NCBI GenBank assembly: GCA_951406725.2
Contig: OX597815.1
Location: 73,036,001 to 73,100,000, forward strand
Reading direction: 5' to 3'
Origin: Octopus vulgaris
Lineage: Eukaryota
DNA: 64,000 bases
The notes under the pieces are model-generated. The model made no database searches and was not told the DNA's origin. It saw only the letters and a program-made list of their open reading frames with translations. Of this stretch, positions 22,210-33,305 are shown piece after piece. How positions within the stretch are numbered: the first letter of the stretch is position 1; each line of letters starts with the position of its first letter. Position numbers and translations under genes: made by a program.

Positions 22210-23689
22210 ATGGATCTTGACTTAACGTCAAATTCTGATTTTCCCGAGATGGGAGAAGTTATAAAGCAAAAGGATACAAAGGAGAAACAAAGTTTTTCGG
22301 AAGCCGTTGGAGGCAATGTTATAGAACTGGAAGTAACAATGGAGGATCTCTTCAAGTTCAGAAAGTTCATACAAAGGAATGGAGAAGAAACGAGAATAAT
22401 ACCGCCCCCTGACACCTTACAAGCAATCCGTGAGAAGACGGTAATTTATAAGGTATATAATATTAAGGAAAAAAAGATTGCAGATGTAAGAAATGAATTG
22501 GTAGAACGGTGCATGGCACCAATTTGGAACAAGGTTCGCTATGTTGGCCGAGGAGTGAGAAGCGCTACTATTGAAGCGCATTTCGAGTCGGCTAGCATAG
22601 CGAAGGAAATTTCAACTCAAACGTTGAAGAGTGCAGACATCCTGTTGCTGCCCACGTACTTAGGGCGCAGAACAGCTAAGATAACAATAGAGGATATACC
22701 AACAGGTTACGATGTAATGTGGGCAGCAACAGCGGTCGTATTCGACGTAGAAGAGAAATTAAACATTTTAAACATGAGGATGAAAGAGGCAAAATTTTGG
22801 AAAGGTCAGCAGCTTGAAATGATCGTTCAAGCTGACAATGCAACGCTGGAGAGTTTGCCAGACAGGGTCTTCGTGGGGGATGGACACACTGCGCGGGTAT
22901 CGGTTGAGGGACGTAGGCCCAGATGTTTCAAATGTGGGCAGAAGGGTCACGTCCGCTCAGAGTGCAAAAGAAAAAACCCGTTAATGCCCCCATTCAAACC
23001 GCTGTGGAGAACAAAGCAGACATCACAGCAACAACTAAAAGAATACCCGGAAAAAGCAAAATGAAAGTCAAAAGGAGGAAAAGAAAATGAATGGAAAACA
23101 AAGCGAAAACGAAAACGAGGTGGAAAATATTTTATCAAATGGAAAAGAACTGGAAGTAATGGAATATACGACTGTAACCAACAAAAGGAAGAAATCCAAT
23201 ACCCCGGACTCCCCACCCCAAACAAAAAGAAAAACAAACGCAGAAGAACAACACAAAAAAATTATCCAATCCCACCCCGCTGGCACTACTTTTGTAGGCC
23301 AGCATTTCATTAAACCCCAGCCCCCAACTTTAAAAGGATTCAAAAAAACCGATAGGTGCATTGCTTATAACATAAAAAACGAGAGAGTAGTTTGGTACAT
23401 AAAGGCGAAACCAAACATAAAATGTTTCAAATCATCGGAAAAAAACCCGGATTGGAGGTATGCGAAGGTTGGAGAGGAGGAATGGAAGGAGAGACTCTTC
23501 CAACTACACGTGAGGGACAACCTGATTAAAGATGTCACACAAGAGGTGATAGCTGGAAAATTGAATATTAGCCCGGCAGCCACTCCATCCCAGAGCCCGG
23601 TGGCAACGCCGGTTAAATGCCCAGCAACAACGGAGAGTGTGGGGGAGGCAGGCAGACAAAAGCTGCCATGCTCCCTCTCACAACCGTAA
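22210..23689 (+). pseudogene. ORF1 of copy D, frameshifted (possibly sequencing error)
   Basis: Small deletions in A-rich runs near 22970 and 23040. Confidence 0.7.
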
Positions 23690-23713
23690 GTAACAAACTT
23701 TCTTCATTCATCG

Positions 23714-26700
23714 ATGATTAAGTTGGGCTGTATAAATGTGCGTGGAATGGGGTCGAAATGGAAACAGGCTTGCTTGCTGGACGACCTCAGGACACACAGA
23801 ATAGATGTAGCCATTGTCACCGAGTCCAAGATGAGAGGAACCCAAGCGTTCTCGCATCTTCTCAATGGTTACGAGAAATTTATTTCTCCTAGCCGAGGAG
23901 GAAGTGCAGGCGTGGCAGTCCTTATCAGGAAGAACTTGGACTTACAGGTAAGTACTGTCTTTATGGACCCAGAAGGTAGGCTGGTTGTCCTCGATGTAAC
24001 TCACGTAAGTAAGCAGTCCTTCAGGTTGGTAGCTGTTTATGCTCCTAATGAGGGTAGGCAGACTGGTTTTTATCGGAACTTGGAGCACTTTCTAGTGACG
24101 TCTAAAACGGTAGTATTGGTAGGGGATTTCAACACTATCATCGATGCGCGGATAGATAGTGTGGGCTCGTCTGATAGAAGGGGGAATCCTTGCCTTAAGG
24201 GTCTACTGACGAGCTTTAATCTAGTAGATCGGTTTCGAATGGATGAGCCGAGCATTCCACAGTGGACGTGGAGTAACAATGACGGCTCACGCAGATCGTA
24301 TATAGATAGGGTATTTGTTAAAGAACGAGATAGGAATAGCATTAGCTGTCCACAATTTTGTATTGTGCCTTACACGGATCACAAATTAGTGACGTGTGAG
24401 GTACATGTAGATAAATGCCATAGACAGGGACCCGGATACTGGAAAATGAACAAGTCTATTTTGGCTTGTGAAGCTTTCCGTAACCGGATTATGGAATTAG
24501 TCCAGAGGGCATTATGTGGAACCATCATTAATAATAGATGGTGGATCGCCCTCAAAAGAGCCATCCGTTTGGAGTCCATTAGATTTAGCAACCAGCTAAG
24601 TTTAGATAGGACTAGAATAGAGGGCGATTTAGTTAAGAACTTAGACGAGGCAATGGGATCTGGCTGTGCATCTAGAGTGTTAGCAGAGAGAACGATCTTG
24701 TACCGTCACCTCAATGCCAAGCATGAAGGATGTAGAGTCAGAGCTAAGCTACGTGCAGTGAAACGAGAAGGTATTAATGTTGCCGGATGGGCACGTCGTG
24801 TGGAGAGTCAGAAGGGCAAAAAGTCCTCTATTAAGTCTTTAACTGACGAACAGGGACGCAAAATCTATGGACAGGAGGAGATACAGAAGGTCTTTCAACA
24901 GCATTTCGCTCGGTTGTTTGGGGAGGGCGATCCACTCGAGCGAGGGGAGGACTTACAGAACTTCCTAGCTGGTGGGCCTCGGCTCTCGCCAAGCAGAGCT
25001 GAACGCTGTGAAGGACCGATTACTCCCGCGGAGGTAAGAGGGGTTTTGGCTGAATGCGCCCGGGAAAAGTCGCCGGGACTGGATGGTCTGCCCTATGAGT
25101 TTTATTGTTGTATGCCGGACTTGTTCGGGGACATACTGGCAAGCGTCTACGCAAACTGGCAACAGAATGGGAGGATTCCCAGTTCTGTGAGCCGGGGAGT
25201 TGTGACGCTGATCCAGAAAGACCCGAGCAAGGGGGATAATATTAGTAATTATAGGCCCATAACTCTACTTAATGTAGAGTTAAAGATTTTGGCCAAGGTG
25301 TTAGCAGAAAGGTTGAAGGTCGTCATGGAAAAACTTGTCGGAAAGGCACAGACATGTGCAATCCCAGGCAGGTCGATCGAAGATAATCTTCACCTTCTAC
25401 GCTACACTATAGACAGGGTTGGGCAATTAGCCGGCAAAGGAGGGGCATTGGTCCATTTAGACCAAAGTAAAGCATTTGATAGGGTAGATCATCAGTACCT
25501 GGCGACGGTTCTCGAAGCGGCTGGGCTAGGTCCTGACTTTCGCGGGTGGATATCAGCTATGTACAGCGGTATCAAGTCCACAGTCCAGATAAACGGTTAC
25601 TTAACGGAACCGTTTTCGATTAAGCGTTCAGTTCGTCAAGGATGTCCCTTGTCCCCTCTCCTGTACGTTTTGGCTCTTGAGCCATTGCTGCGGAAGTTGG
25701 AGACGGTGAGATGCAATCCTAATGAAATCGGATGCGGTAAGTCTGTTTCTGCGTATGCGGATGACGTCACCTTCATCGTGTCCAACGAAGCACAACTAAC
25801 TCGTGTAGAAGGTGCTCTCCGAAGATACGAAGCGGTGGCTGGGGCAAAAGTTAACAAGGACAAGTCCACTGGTTTGCGCCTCGGCACCTGGAGGAACAAG
25901 CCGATATCGTCCAGTGTTGTTGGACACTGGACAGATGGTCCTGTTAAATTGCTTGGAGTTTGGTTTGGTTCAGACTCCCAGACGGAGAAAAATTGGAGCG
26001 AGGTAGTGACCAAGGTAGAAGCCATAGTTCGGGAGTGGTCCGGAAGGCATCTTTCCTTGAAAGGGAGGGCGGAGGTGGTACAGGTGTTTATAGCATCTGT
26101 AATCACCTATCGCCTGACTGTCGTGCCTTGCCCCGATTTGTGGCTAAGCAAGTTGGATCGACTCCTTTTCCGCTTTTTGTGGAAGGGAGGAAAGCCACTT
26201 GTAAGGCGCTCCGTGTGTTGCCAGGAACCACTAAAGGGTGGGCTGGGGATGCCTTGGTTAATGATGCGCAGGCATGCGCTGAGACTGAGACATCTCTGGT
26301 TTCACCTGGAAGGTGATAAGGTGTGGAGTCCGCTGGCAGATAATTTCTTCCCGCAACCGGACTCTATGGAGAGATTTAAACCCGGTTTCATTAAAAGACG
26401 GAACCTGACTTTATGGCAGAAAGAGTGCCGACAGGCACTCTGGCTGATCCACAAGATAGGCAAAGCCGGCTGCGGGAATACCACCTCGACATTTTATAGA
26501 AGGATGGTAGAGGCAAAAAATGACGACGTCCTAAGAGGGTCTCTGGGGTTCGATGAGGATCAACTATCCGACCTGTTTAAGAAGACTTTCAAGCCGGGGT
26601 ATTTGGACAATTACCAAAAATCCCTGACTTGGCAGTGCTATAGGAATGCTCTACCTGTTCGCGATAAGTTATATAGGCATGGAATGTCAGTGCCACCGAC

Positions 26701-27112
26701 ATGTCCAAGATGTGGGTTGGACGATGAAACCGTCCAGCACGCTTTTGTACATTGTCAGGAGCTGTCAGGCTTAATAAGTTACGTAGAACACGTGTTGTCG
26801 CATCTGGGACGAGTACAGCTATCGGCTGGTTCTATAATAAAGATGATACCGCCAGCTGGACTCTCAAAGGAAGGTGAGGCTTGTTTTCACTGTACGGTGG
26901 CAGTACTGAAAGAGTGTGTGTGGAGAACTAGATTGGAAGGTTTGGTGTCAGGAACCTTTGTCTCTGGATATGGTATGTTAAAATACTTCAGATACCATCT
27001 AAAGAGCAAGATGGATTTAGAGAAGAGGAACCTGACACAGAAAAAGTATGTGAATCGATGGAAGGATGTGATAAAAAAGGTGGGTGTGAGTAACCCTGCT
27101 TGGTCATCATGA
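23714..27112 (+). CDS. ORF2 APE-RT-CCHC of copy D (intact)
   Basis: 1132 aa, same motifs as copy B. Confidence 0.96.
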   Translation: MIKLGCINVRGMGSKWKQACLLDDLRTHRIDVAIVTESKMRGTQAFSHLLNGYEKFISPSRGGSAGVAVLIRKNLDLQVSTVFMDPEGRLVVLDVTHVSKQSFRLVAVYAPNEGRQTGFYRNLEHFLVTSKTVVLVGDFNTIIDARIDSVGSSDRRGNPCLKGLLTSFNLVDRFRMDEPSIPQWTWSNNDGSRRSYIDRVFVKERDRNSISCPQFCIVPYTDHKLVTCEVHVDKCHRQGPGYWKMNKSILACEAFRNRIMELVQRALCGTIINNRWWIALKRAIRLESIRFSNQLSLDRTRIEGDLVKNLDEAMGSGCASRVLAERTILYRHLNAKHEGCRVRAKLRAVKREGINVAGWARRVESQKGKKSSIKSLTDEQGRKIYGQEEIQKVFQQHFARLFGEGDPLERGEDLQNFLAGGPRLSPSRAERCEGPITPAEVRGVLAECAREKSPGLDGLPYEFYCCMPDLFGDILASVYANWQQNGRIPSSVSRGVVTLIQKDPSKGDNISNYRPITLLNVELKILAKVLAERLKVVMEKLVGKAQTCAIPGRSIEDNLHLLRYTIDRVGQLAGKGGALVHLDQSKAFDRVDHQYLATVLEAAGLGPDFRGWISAMYSGIKSTVQINGYLTEPFSIKRSVRQGCPLSPLLYVLALEPLLRKLETVRCNPNEIGCGKSVSAYADDVTFIVSNEAQLTRVEGALRRYEAVAGAKVNKDKSTGLRLGTWRNKPISSSVVGHWTDGPVKLLGVWFGSDSQTEKNWSEVVTKVEAIVREWSGRHLSLKGRAEVVQVFIASVITYRLTVVPCPDLWLSKLDRLLFRFLWKGGKPLVRRSVCCQEPLKGGLGMPWLMMRRHALRLRHLWFHLEGDKVWSPLADNFFPQPDSMERFKPGFIKRRNLTLWQKECRQALWLIHKIGKAGCGNTTSTFYRRMVEAKNDDVLRGSLGFDEDQLSDLFKKTFKPGYLDNYQKSLTWQCYRNALPVRDKLYRHGMSVPPTCPRCGLDDETVQHAFVHCQELSGLISYVEHVLSHLGRVQLSAGSIIKMIPPAGLSKEGEACFHCTVAVLKECVWRTRLEGLVSGTFVSGYGMLKYFRYHLKSKMDLEKRNLTQKKYVNRWKDVIKKVGVSNPAWSS

Positions 27113-27582
27113 AGGGAGAAAATAGTCTCTGGGCTCTTAGGCTGTCGGGTAAGAATCCTGACTGTGATATACCTAGCTGGCCAAAATCATTTTTAATTTT
27201 AAAAAAAAAGGAGAAAAGTAAAGTCTAGTATCATAATCAATAATCAACATATGTAAATATCAAACGAACAACGTAAACTTTTTGTAATTATGTTTTGTAT
27301 TGTAATGTACTATCTCTGTAAGATTTTTATAATCATAATAAAGATTTAGGAAGCGACACCTACTGATTTTTCCTTGGATTACGTCGGATTATTTTACGCT
27401 GTAAGCTGTTATGTTAGTTCGTTCTGTTCTGGATTTACACGTACAATTTTTGGAGTATTAACTTGTGAAACAAAGTAATTTTCGCCCTTCGGGGTAGAAA
27501 ATTTCTTTTTATATATGAACTTTAATTCAGTGTGGATTTAATTTTTATCTTGTCTCTTGTGACAAGTCACTTGCATTTTATT

Positions 27583-29064
27583 ATGGATCTTGACTTAACG
27601 TCAAATTCTGATTTTCCCGAGATGGGAGAAGTTATAAAGCAAAAGGATACAAAGGAGAAACAAAGTTTTTCGGAAGCCGTTGGAGGCAATGTTATAGAAC
27701 TGGAAGTAACAATGGCGGATCTCTTCAAGTTCAGAAAGTTCATACAAAGGAATGGAGAAGAAACGAGAATAATACCGCCCCCTGACACCTTACAAGCAAT
27801 CCGTGAGAAGACGGTAATTTATAAGGTATATAATATTAAGGAAAAAAAGATTGCAGATGTAAGAAATGAATTGGTAGAACGGTGCATGGCACCAATTTGG
27901 AACAAGGTTCGCTATGTTGGCCGAGGAGTGAGAAGCGCTACTATTGAAGCGCATTTCGAGTCGGCTAGCATAGCGAAGGAAATTTCAACTCAAACGTTGA
28001 AGAGTGCAGACATCCTGTTGCTGCCCACGTACTTAGGGCGCAGAACAGCTAAGATAACAATAGAGGATATACCAACAGGTTACGATGTAATGTGGGCAGC
28101 AACAGCGGTCGTATTCGACGTAGAAGAGAAATTAAACATTTTAAACATGAGGATGAAAGAGGCAAAATTTTGGAAAGGTCAGCAGCTTGAAATGATCGTT
28201 CAAGCTGACAATGCAACGCTGGAGAGTTTGCCAGACAGGGTCTTCGTGGGGGATGGACACACTGCGCGGGTATCGGTTGAGGGGCGTAGGCCCAGATGTT
28301 TCAAATGTGGGCAGAAGGGTCACGTCCGCTCAGAGTGCAAAAAGAAAAAACCCGTTAATGCTCCCATTCAAACCGCTGTGGAGAACAAAGCAGACATCAC
28401 AGCAACAACTAAAGAGAATACCCGGAAAAAGCAAAATGAAAGTCAAAAGGAGGAAAAGAAAATGAATGGAAAACAAAGCGAAAACGAAAACGAGGTGGAA
28501 AATATTTTATCAAATGGAAAAGAACTGGAAGTAATGGAATATACGACTGTAACCAACAAAAGGAAGAAATCCAATACCCCGGACTCCCCACCCCAAACAA
28601 AAAGAAAAACAAACGCAGAAGAACAACACAAAAAAATTATCCAATCCCACCCCGCTGGCACTACTTTTGTAGGCCAGCATTTCATTAAACCCCAGCCCCC
28701 AACTTTAAAAGGATTCAAAAAAACCGATAGGTGCATTGCTTATAACACAAAAAACGAGAGAGTAGTTTGGTACATAAAGGCGAAACCAAACATAAAATGT
28801 TTCAAATCATCGGAAAAAAACCCGGATTGGAGGTATGCGAAGGTTGGAGAGGAGGAATGGAAGGAGAGACTCTTCCAACTACACGTGAGGGACAACCTGA
28901 TTAAAGATGTCACACAAGAGGTGATAGCTGGAAAATTGAATATTAGCCCGGCAGCCACTCCATCCCAGAGCCCGGTGGCAACGCCGGTTAAATGCCCAGC
29001 AACAACGGAGAGTGTGGGGGAGGCAGGCAGACAAAAGCTGCCATGCTCCCTCTCACAACCGTAA
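27583..29064 (+). CDS. ORF1 with CCHC zinc knuckle (copy E)
   Basis: Intact, near-identical to copy B ORF1. Confidence 0.88.
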   Translation: MDLDLTSNSDFPEMGEVIKQKDTKEKQSFSEAVGGNVIELEVTMADLFKFRKFIQRNGEETRIIPPPDTLQAIREKTVIYKVYNIKEKKIADVRNELVERCMAPIWNKVRYVGRGVRSATIEAHFESASIAKEISTQTLKSADILLLPTYLGRRTAKITIEDIPTGYDVMWAATAVVFDVEEKLNILNMRMKEAKFWKGQQLEMIVQADNATLESLPDRVFVGDGHTARVSVEGRRPRCFKCGQKGHVRSECKKKKPVNAPIQTAVENKADITATTKENTRKKQNESQKEEKKMNGKQSENENEVENILSNGKELEVMEYTTVTNKRKKSNTPDSPPQTKRKTNAEEQHKKIIQSHPAGTTFVGQHFIKPQPPTLKGFKKTDRCIAYNTKNERVVWYIKAKPNIKCFKSSEKNPDWRYAKVGEEEWKERLFQLHVRDNLIKDVTQEVIAGKLNISPAATPSQSPVATPVKCPATTESVGEAGRQKLPCSLSQP

Positions 29065-29088
29065 GTAACAAACTTTCTTCATTCATCG

Positions 29089-32000
29089 ATGATTAAGTTG
29101 GGCTGTATAAATGTGCGTGGAATGGGGTCGAAATGGAAACAGGCTTGCTTGCTGGACGACCTCAGGACACACAGAATAGATGTAGCCATTGTCACCGAGT
29201 CCAAGATGAGAGGAACCCAAGCGTTCTCGCATCTTCTCAATGGTTACGAGAAATTTATTTCTCCTAGCCGAGGAGGAAGTGCAGGCGTGGCAGTCCTTAT
29301 CAGGAAGAACTTGGACTTACAGGTAAGTACTGTCTTTATGGACCCAGAAGGTAGGCTGGTTGTCCTCGATGTAACTCACGTAAGTAAGCAGTCCTTCAGG
29401 TTGGTAGCTGTTTATGCTCCTAATGAGGGTAGGCAGACTGGTTTTTATCGGAACTTGGAGCACTTTCTAGTGACGTCTAAAACGGTAGTATTGGTAGGGG
29501 ATTTCAACACTATCATCGATGCGCGGATAGATAGTGTGGGCTCGTCTGATAGAAGGGGGAATCCTTGCCTTAAGGGTCTACTGACGAGCTTTAATCTAGT
29601 AGATCGGTTTCGAATGGATGAGCCGAGCATTCCACAGTGGACGTGGAGTAACAATGACGGCTCACGCAGATCGTATATAGATAGGGTATTTGTTAAAGAA
29701 CGAGATAGGAATAGCATTAGCTGTCCACAATTTTGTATTGTGCCTTACACGGATCACAAATTAGTGACGTGTGAGGTACATGTAGATAAATGCCATAGAC
29801 AGGGACCCGGATACTGGAAAATGAACAAGTCTATTTTGGCTTGTGAAGCTTTCCGTAACCGGATTATGGAATTAGTCCAGAGGGCATTATGTGGAACCAT
29901 CATTAATAATAGATGGTGGATCGCCCTCAAAAGAGCCATCCGTTTGGAGTCCATTAGATTTAGCAACCAGCTAAGTTTAGATAGGACTAGAATAGAGGGC
30001 GATTTAGTTAAGAACTTAGACGAGGCAATGGGATCTGGCTGTGCATCTAGAGTGTTAGCAGAGAGAACGATCTTGTACCGTCACCTCAATGCCAAGCATG
30101 AAGGATGTAGAGTCAGAGCTAAGCTACGTGCAGTGAAACGAGAAGGTATTAATGTTGCCGGATGGGCACGTCGTGTGGAGAGTCAGAAGGGCAAAAAGTC
30201 CTCTATTAAGTCTTTAACTGACGAACAGGGACGCAAAATCTATGGACAGGAGGAGATACAGAAGGTCTTTCAACAGCATTTCGCTCGGTTGTTTGGGGAG
30301 GGCGATCCACTCGAGCGAGGGGAGGACTTACAGAACTTCCTAGCTGGTGGGCCTCGGCTCTCGCCAAGCAGAGCGGAACGCTGTGAAGGACCGATTACTC
30401 CCGCGGAGGTAAGAGGGGTTTTGGCTGAATGCGCCCGGGAAAAGTCGCCGGGACTGGATGGTCTGCCCTATGAGTTTTATTGTTGTATGCCGGACTTGTT
30501 CGGGGACATACTGGCAAGCGTCTACGCAAACTGGCAACAGAATGGGAGGATTCCCAGTTCTGTGAGCCGGGGAGTTGTGACGCTGATCCAGAAAGACCCG
30601 AGCAAGGGGGATAATATTAGTAATTATAGGCCCATAACTCTACTTAATGTAGAGTTAAAGATTTTGGCCAAGGTGTTAGCAGAAAGGTTGAAGGTCGTCA
30701 TGGAAAAACTTGTCGGAAAGGCACAGACATGTGCAATCCCAGGCAGGTCGATCGAAGATAATCTTCACCTTCTACGCTACACTATAGACAGGGTTGGGCA
30801 ATTAGCCGGCAAAGGAGGGGCATTGGTCCATTTAGACCAAAGTAAAGCATTTGATAGGGTAGATCATCAGTACCTGGCGACGGTTCTCGAAGCGGCTGGG
30901 CTAGGTCCTGACTTTCGCGGGTGGATATCAGCTATGTACAGCGGTATCAAGTCCACAGTCCAGATAAACGGTTACTTAACGGAACCGTTTTCGATTAAGC
31001 GTTCAGTTCGTCAAGGATGTCCCTTGTCCCCTCTCCTGTACGTTTTGGCTCTTGAGCCATTGCTGCGGAAGTTGGAGACGGTGAGATGCAATCCTAATGA
31101 AATCGGATGCGGTAAGTCTGTTTCTGCGTATGCGGATGACGTCACCTTCATCGTGTCCAACGAAGCACAACTAACTCGTGTAGAAGGTGCTCTCCGAAGA
31201 TACGAAGCGGTGGCTGGGGCAAAAGTTAACAAGGACAAGTCCACTGGTTTGCGCCTCGGCACCTGGAGGAACAAGCCGATATCGTCCAGTGTTGTTGGAC
31301 ACTGGACAGATGGTCCTGTTAAATTGCTTGGAGTTTGGTTTGGTTCAGACTCCCAGACGGAGAAAAATTGGAGCGAGGTAGTGACCAAGGTAGAAGCCAT
31401 AGTTCGGGAGTGGTCCGGAAGGCATCTTTCCTTGAAAGGGAGGGCGGAGGTGGTACAGGTGTTTATAGCATCTGTAATCACCTATCGCCTGACTGTCGTG
31501 CCTTGCCCCGATTTGTGGCTAAGCAAGTTGGATCGACTCCTTTTCCGCTTTTTGTGGAAGGGAGGAAAGCCACTTGTAAGGCGCTCCGTGTGTTGCCAGG
31601 AACCACTAAAGGGTGGGCTGGGGATGCCTTGGTTAATGATGCGCAGGCATGCGCTGAGACTGAGACATCTCTGGTTTCACCTGGAAGGTGATAAGGTGTG
31701 GAGTCCGCTGGCAGATAATTTCTTCCCGCAACCGGACTCTATGGAGAGATTTAAACCCGGTTTCATTAAAAGACGGAACCTGACTTTATGGCAGAAAGAG
31801 TGCCGACAGGCACTCTGGCTGATCCACAAGATAGGCAAAGCCGGCTGCGGGAATACCACCTCGACATTTTATAGAAGGATGGTAGAGGCAAAAAATGACG
31901 ACGTCCTAAGAGGGGCTCTGGGGTTCGATGAGGATCAACTATCCGACCTGTTTAAGAAGACTTTCAAGCCGGGGTATTTGGACAATTACCAAAAATCCCT

Positions 32001-32487
32001 GACTTGGCAGTGCTATAGGAATGCTCTACCTGTTCGCGATAAGTTATATAGGCATGGAATGTCAGTGCCACCGACATGTCCAAGATGTGGGTTGGACGAT
32101 GAAACCGTCCAGCACGCTTTTGTACATTGTCAGGAGCTGTCAGGCTTAATAAGTTACGTAGAACACGTGTTGTCGCATCTGGGACGAGTACAGCTATCGG
32201 CTGGTTCTATAATAAAGATGATACCGCCAGCTGGACTCTCAAAGGAAGGTGAGGCTTGTTTTCACTGTACGGTGGCAGTACTGAAAGAGTGTGTGTGGAG
32301 AACTAGATTGGAAGGTTTGGTGTCAGGAACCTTTGTCTCTGGATATGGTATGTTAAAATACTTCAGATACCATCTAAAGAGCAAGATGGATTTAGAGAAG
32401 AGGAACCTGACACAGAAAAAGTATGTGAATCGATGGAAGGATGTGATAAAAAAGGTGGGTGTGAGTAACCCTGCTTGGTCATCATGA
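29089..32487 (+). CDS. ORF2 APE-RT-CCHC of copy E (intact)
   Basis: 1132 aa, same motifs as copy B. Confidence 0.96.
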   Translation: MIKLGCINVRGMGSKWKQACLLDDLRTHRIDVAIVTESKMRGTQAFSHLLNGYEKFISPSRGGSAGVAVLIRKNLDLQVSTVFMDPEGRLVVLDVTHVSKQSFRLVAVYAPNEGRQTGFYRNLEHFLVTSKTVVLVGDFNTIIDARIDSVGSSDRRGNPCLKGLLTSFNLVDRFRMDEPSIPQWTWSNNDGSRRSYIDRVFVKERDRNSISCPQFCIVPYTDHKLVTCEVHVDKCHRQGPGYWKMNKSILACEAFRNRIMELVQRALCGTIINNRWWIALKRAIRLESIRFSNQLSLDRTRIEGDLVKNLDEAMGSGCASRVLAERTILYRHLNAKHEGCRVRAKLRAVKREGINVAGWARRVESQKGKKSSIKSLTDEQGRKIYGQEEIQKVFQQHFARLFGEGDPLERGEDLQNFLAGGPRLSPSRAERCEGPITPAEVRGVLAECAREKSPGLDGLPYEFYCCMPDLFGDILASVYANWQQNGRIPSSVSRGVVTLIQKDPSKGDNISNYRPITLLNVELKILAKVLAERLKVVMEKLVGKAQTCAIPGRSIEDNLHLLRYTIDRVGQLAGKGGALVHLDQSKAFDRVDHQYLATVLEAAGLGPDFRGWISAMYSGIKSTVQINGYLTEPFSIKRSVRQGCPLSPLLYVLALEPLLRKLETVRCNPNEIGCGKSVSAYADDVTFIVSNEAQLTRVEGALRRYEAVAGAKVNKDKSTGLRLGTWRNKPISSSVVGHWTDGPVKLLGVWFGSDSQTEKNWSEVVTKVEAIVREWSGRHLSLKGRAEVVQVFIASVITYRLTVVPCPDLWLSKLDRLLFRFLWKGGKPLVRRSVCCQEPLKGGLGMPWLMMRRHALRLRHLWFHLEGDKVWSPLADNFFPQPDSMERFKPGFIKRRNLTLWQKECRQALWLIHKIGKAGCGNTTSTFYRRMVEAKNDDVLRGALGFDEDQLSDLFKKTFKPGYLDNYQKSLTWQCYRNALPVRDKLYRHGMSVPPTCPRCGLDDETVQHAFVHCQELSGLISYVEHVLSHLGRVQLSAGSIIKMIPPAGLSKEGEACFHCTVAVLKECVWRTRLEGLVSGTFVSGYGMLKYFRYHLKSKMDLEKRNLTQKKYVNRWKDVIKKVGVSNPAWSS

Positions 32488-32722
32488 AGGGAGAAAATAG
32501 TCTCTGGGCTCTTAGGCTGTCGGGTAAGAATCCTGACTGTGATATACCTAGCTGGCCAAAATCATTTTTAATTTTAAAAAAAAGGAGAAAAGTAAAGTCT
32601 AGTATCATAATCAATAATCAACATATGTAAATATCAAACGAACAACGTAAACTTTTTGTAATTATGTTTTGTATTGTAATGTACTATCTCTGTAAGATTT
32701 TTATAATCATAATAAAGATTTA

Positions 32723-32998
32723 GGAAGCGACACCTACTGGCTGGCACGCTGCATTGAAAAGGGGCAATACCCTGAAACGCGTCTGTAGCTGCCGGTCAAG
32801 TAGTGTGGAGCGACTGACCTCCCTTGTTCGAAGGTTATATGGATACAGTTTGTGTATCAAATAGCTAACTTAAGGCGATGGCCTCATGGAGCTAATAAGC
32901 GGACAGCTTTTTTCTTATTTTTATAAGAATGCCATATTAGTATGGCGATAACTATTATTTTCCGGGAACGCTGCCGCTGTTCTCTTTTAGAGAGACTT
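32723..32998 (+). repeat. 3' remainder of the third 362-bp hammerhead repeat unit
   Basis: Matches 8261-8537, then runs into (TA)n. Confidence 0.92.
32736..32796 (+). ncRNA. Minimal type I hammerhead ribozyme (copy 3)
   Basis: Core and stems identical; 1-nt deletion confined to the stem I bulge (TGGCAC vs TGGCTAC). Confidence 0.78.
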
Positions 32999-33011
32999 AT
33001 TTATATTTCTA

Positions 33012-33148
<137 letters not shown>

Positions 33149-33305
33149 GAGGCGCAATTGCCCAGTGGTTAGGCCAGCGTACTCGCGGTCGTAGGATCGC
33201 GGTTTCGATTCCCAGACCGGGCGTTTTGAGTGTTTATTGAGCGAAAACACCTAAAAGCTCCACGAAGCTGCGGCAGGGGGTGGTGATCCCTGCTGTACTC
33301 TTTCA
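33149..33305 (+). mobile_element. tRNA-derived SINE 5' portion
   Basis: A-box-like GCCCAGTGGTTAGG and B-box-like GGTTTCGATTCCC. Confidence 0.7.

Larger units (their letters stand above)
21993..27348 (+). mobile_element. Tx1-clade LINE copy D, full length
   Basis: Bounded by 17-mers at 21976 and 27349; native target flank AGAGATTGTC upstream defines the 5' end. Confidence 0.95.
27366..32722 (+). mobile_element. Tx1-clade LINE copy E, full length, both ORFs intact
   Basis: Bounded by 17-mers at 27349 and 32723. Confidence 0.95.

Noticed and set aside
10867-32739. Array read as an LTR retrotransposon or a CRISPR-like repeat-spacer array
   Set aside because: The direct repeats are a 17-bp TSD also present once at an empty site; the intervening sequences are near-identical APE-RT LINEs with no integrase, protease or cas genes.
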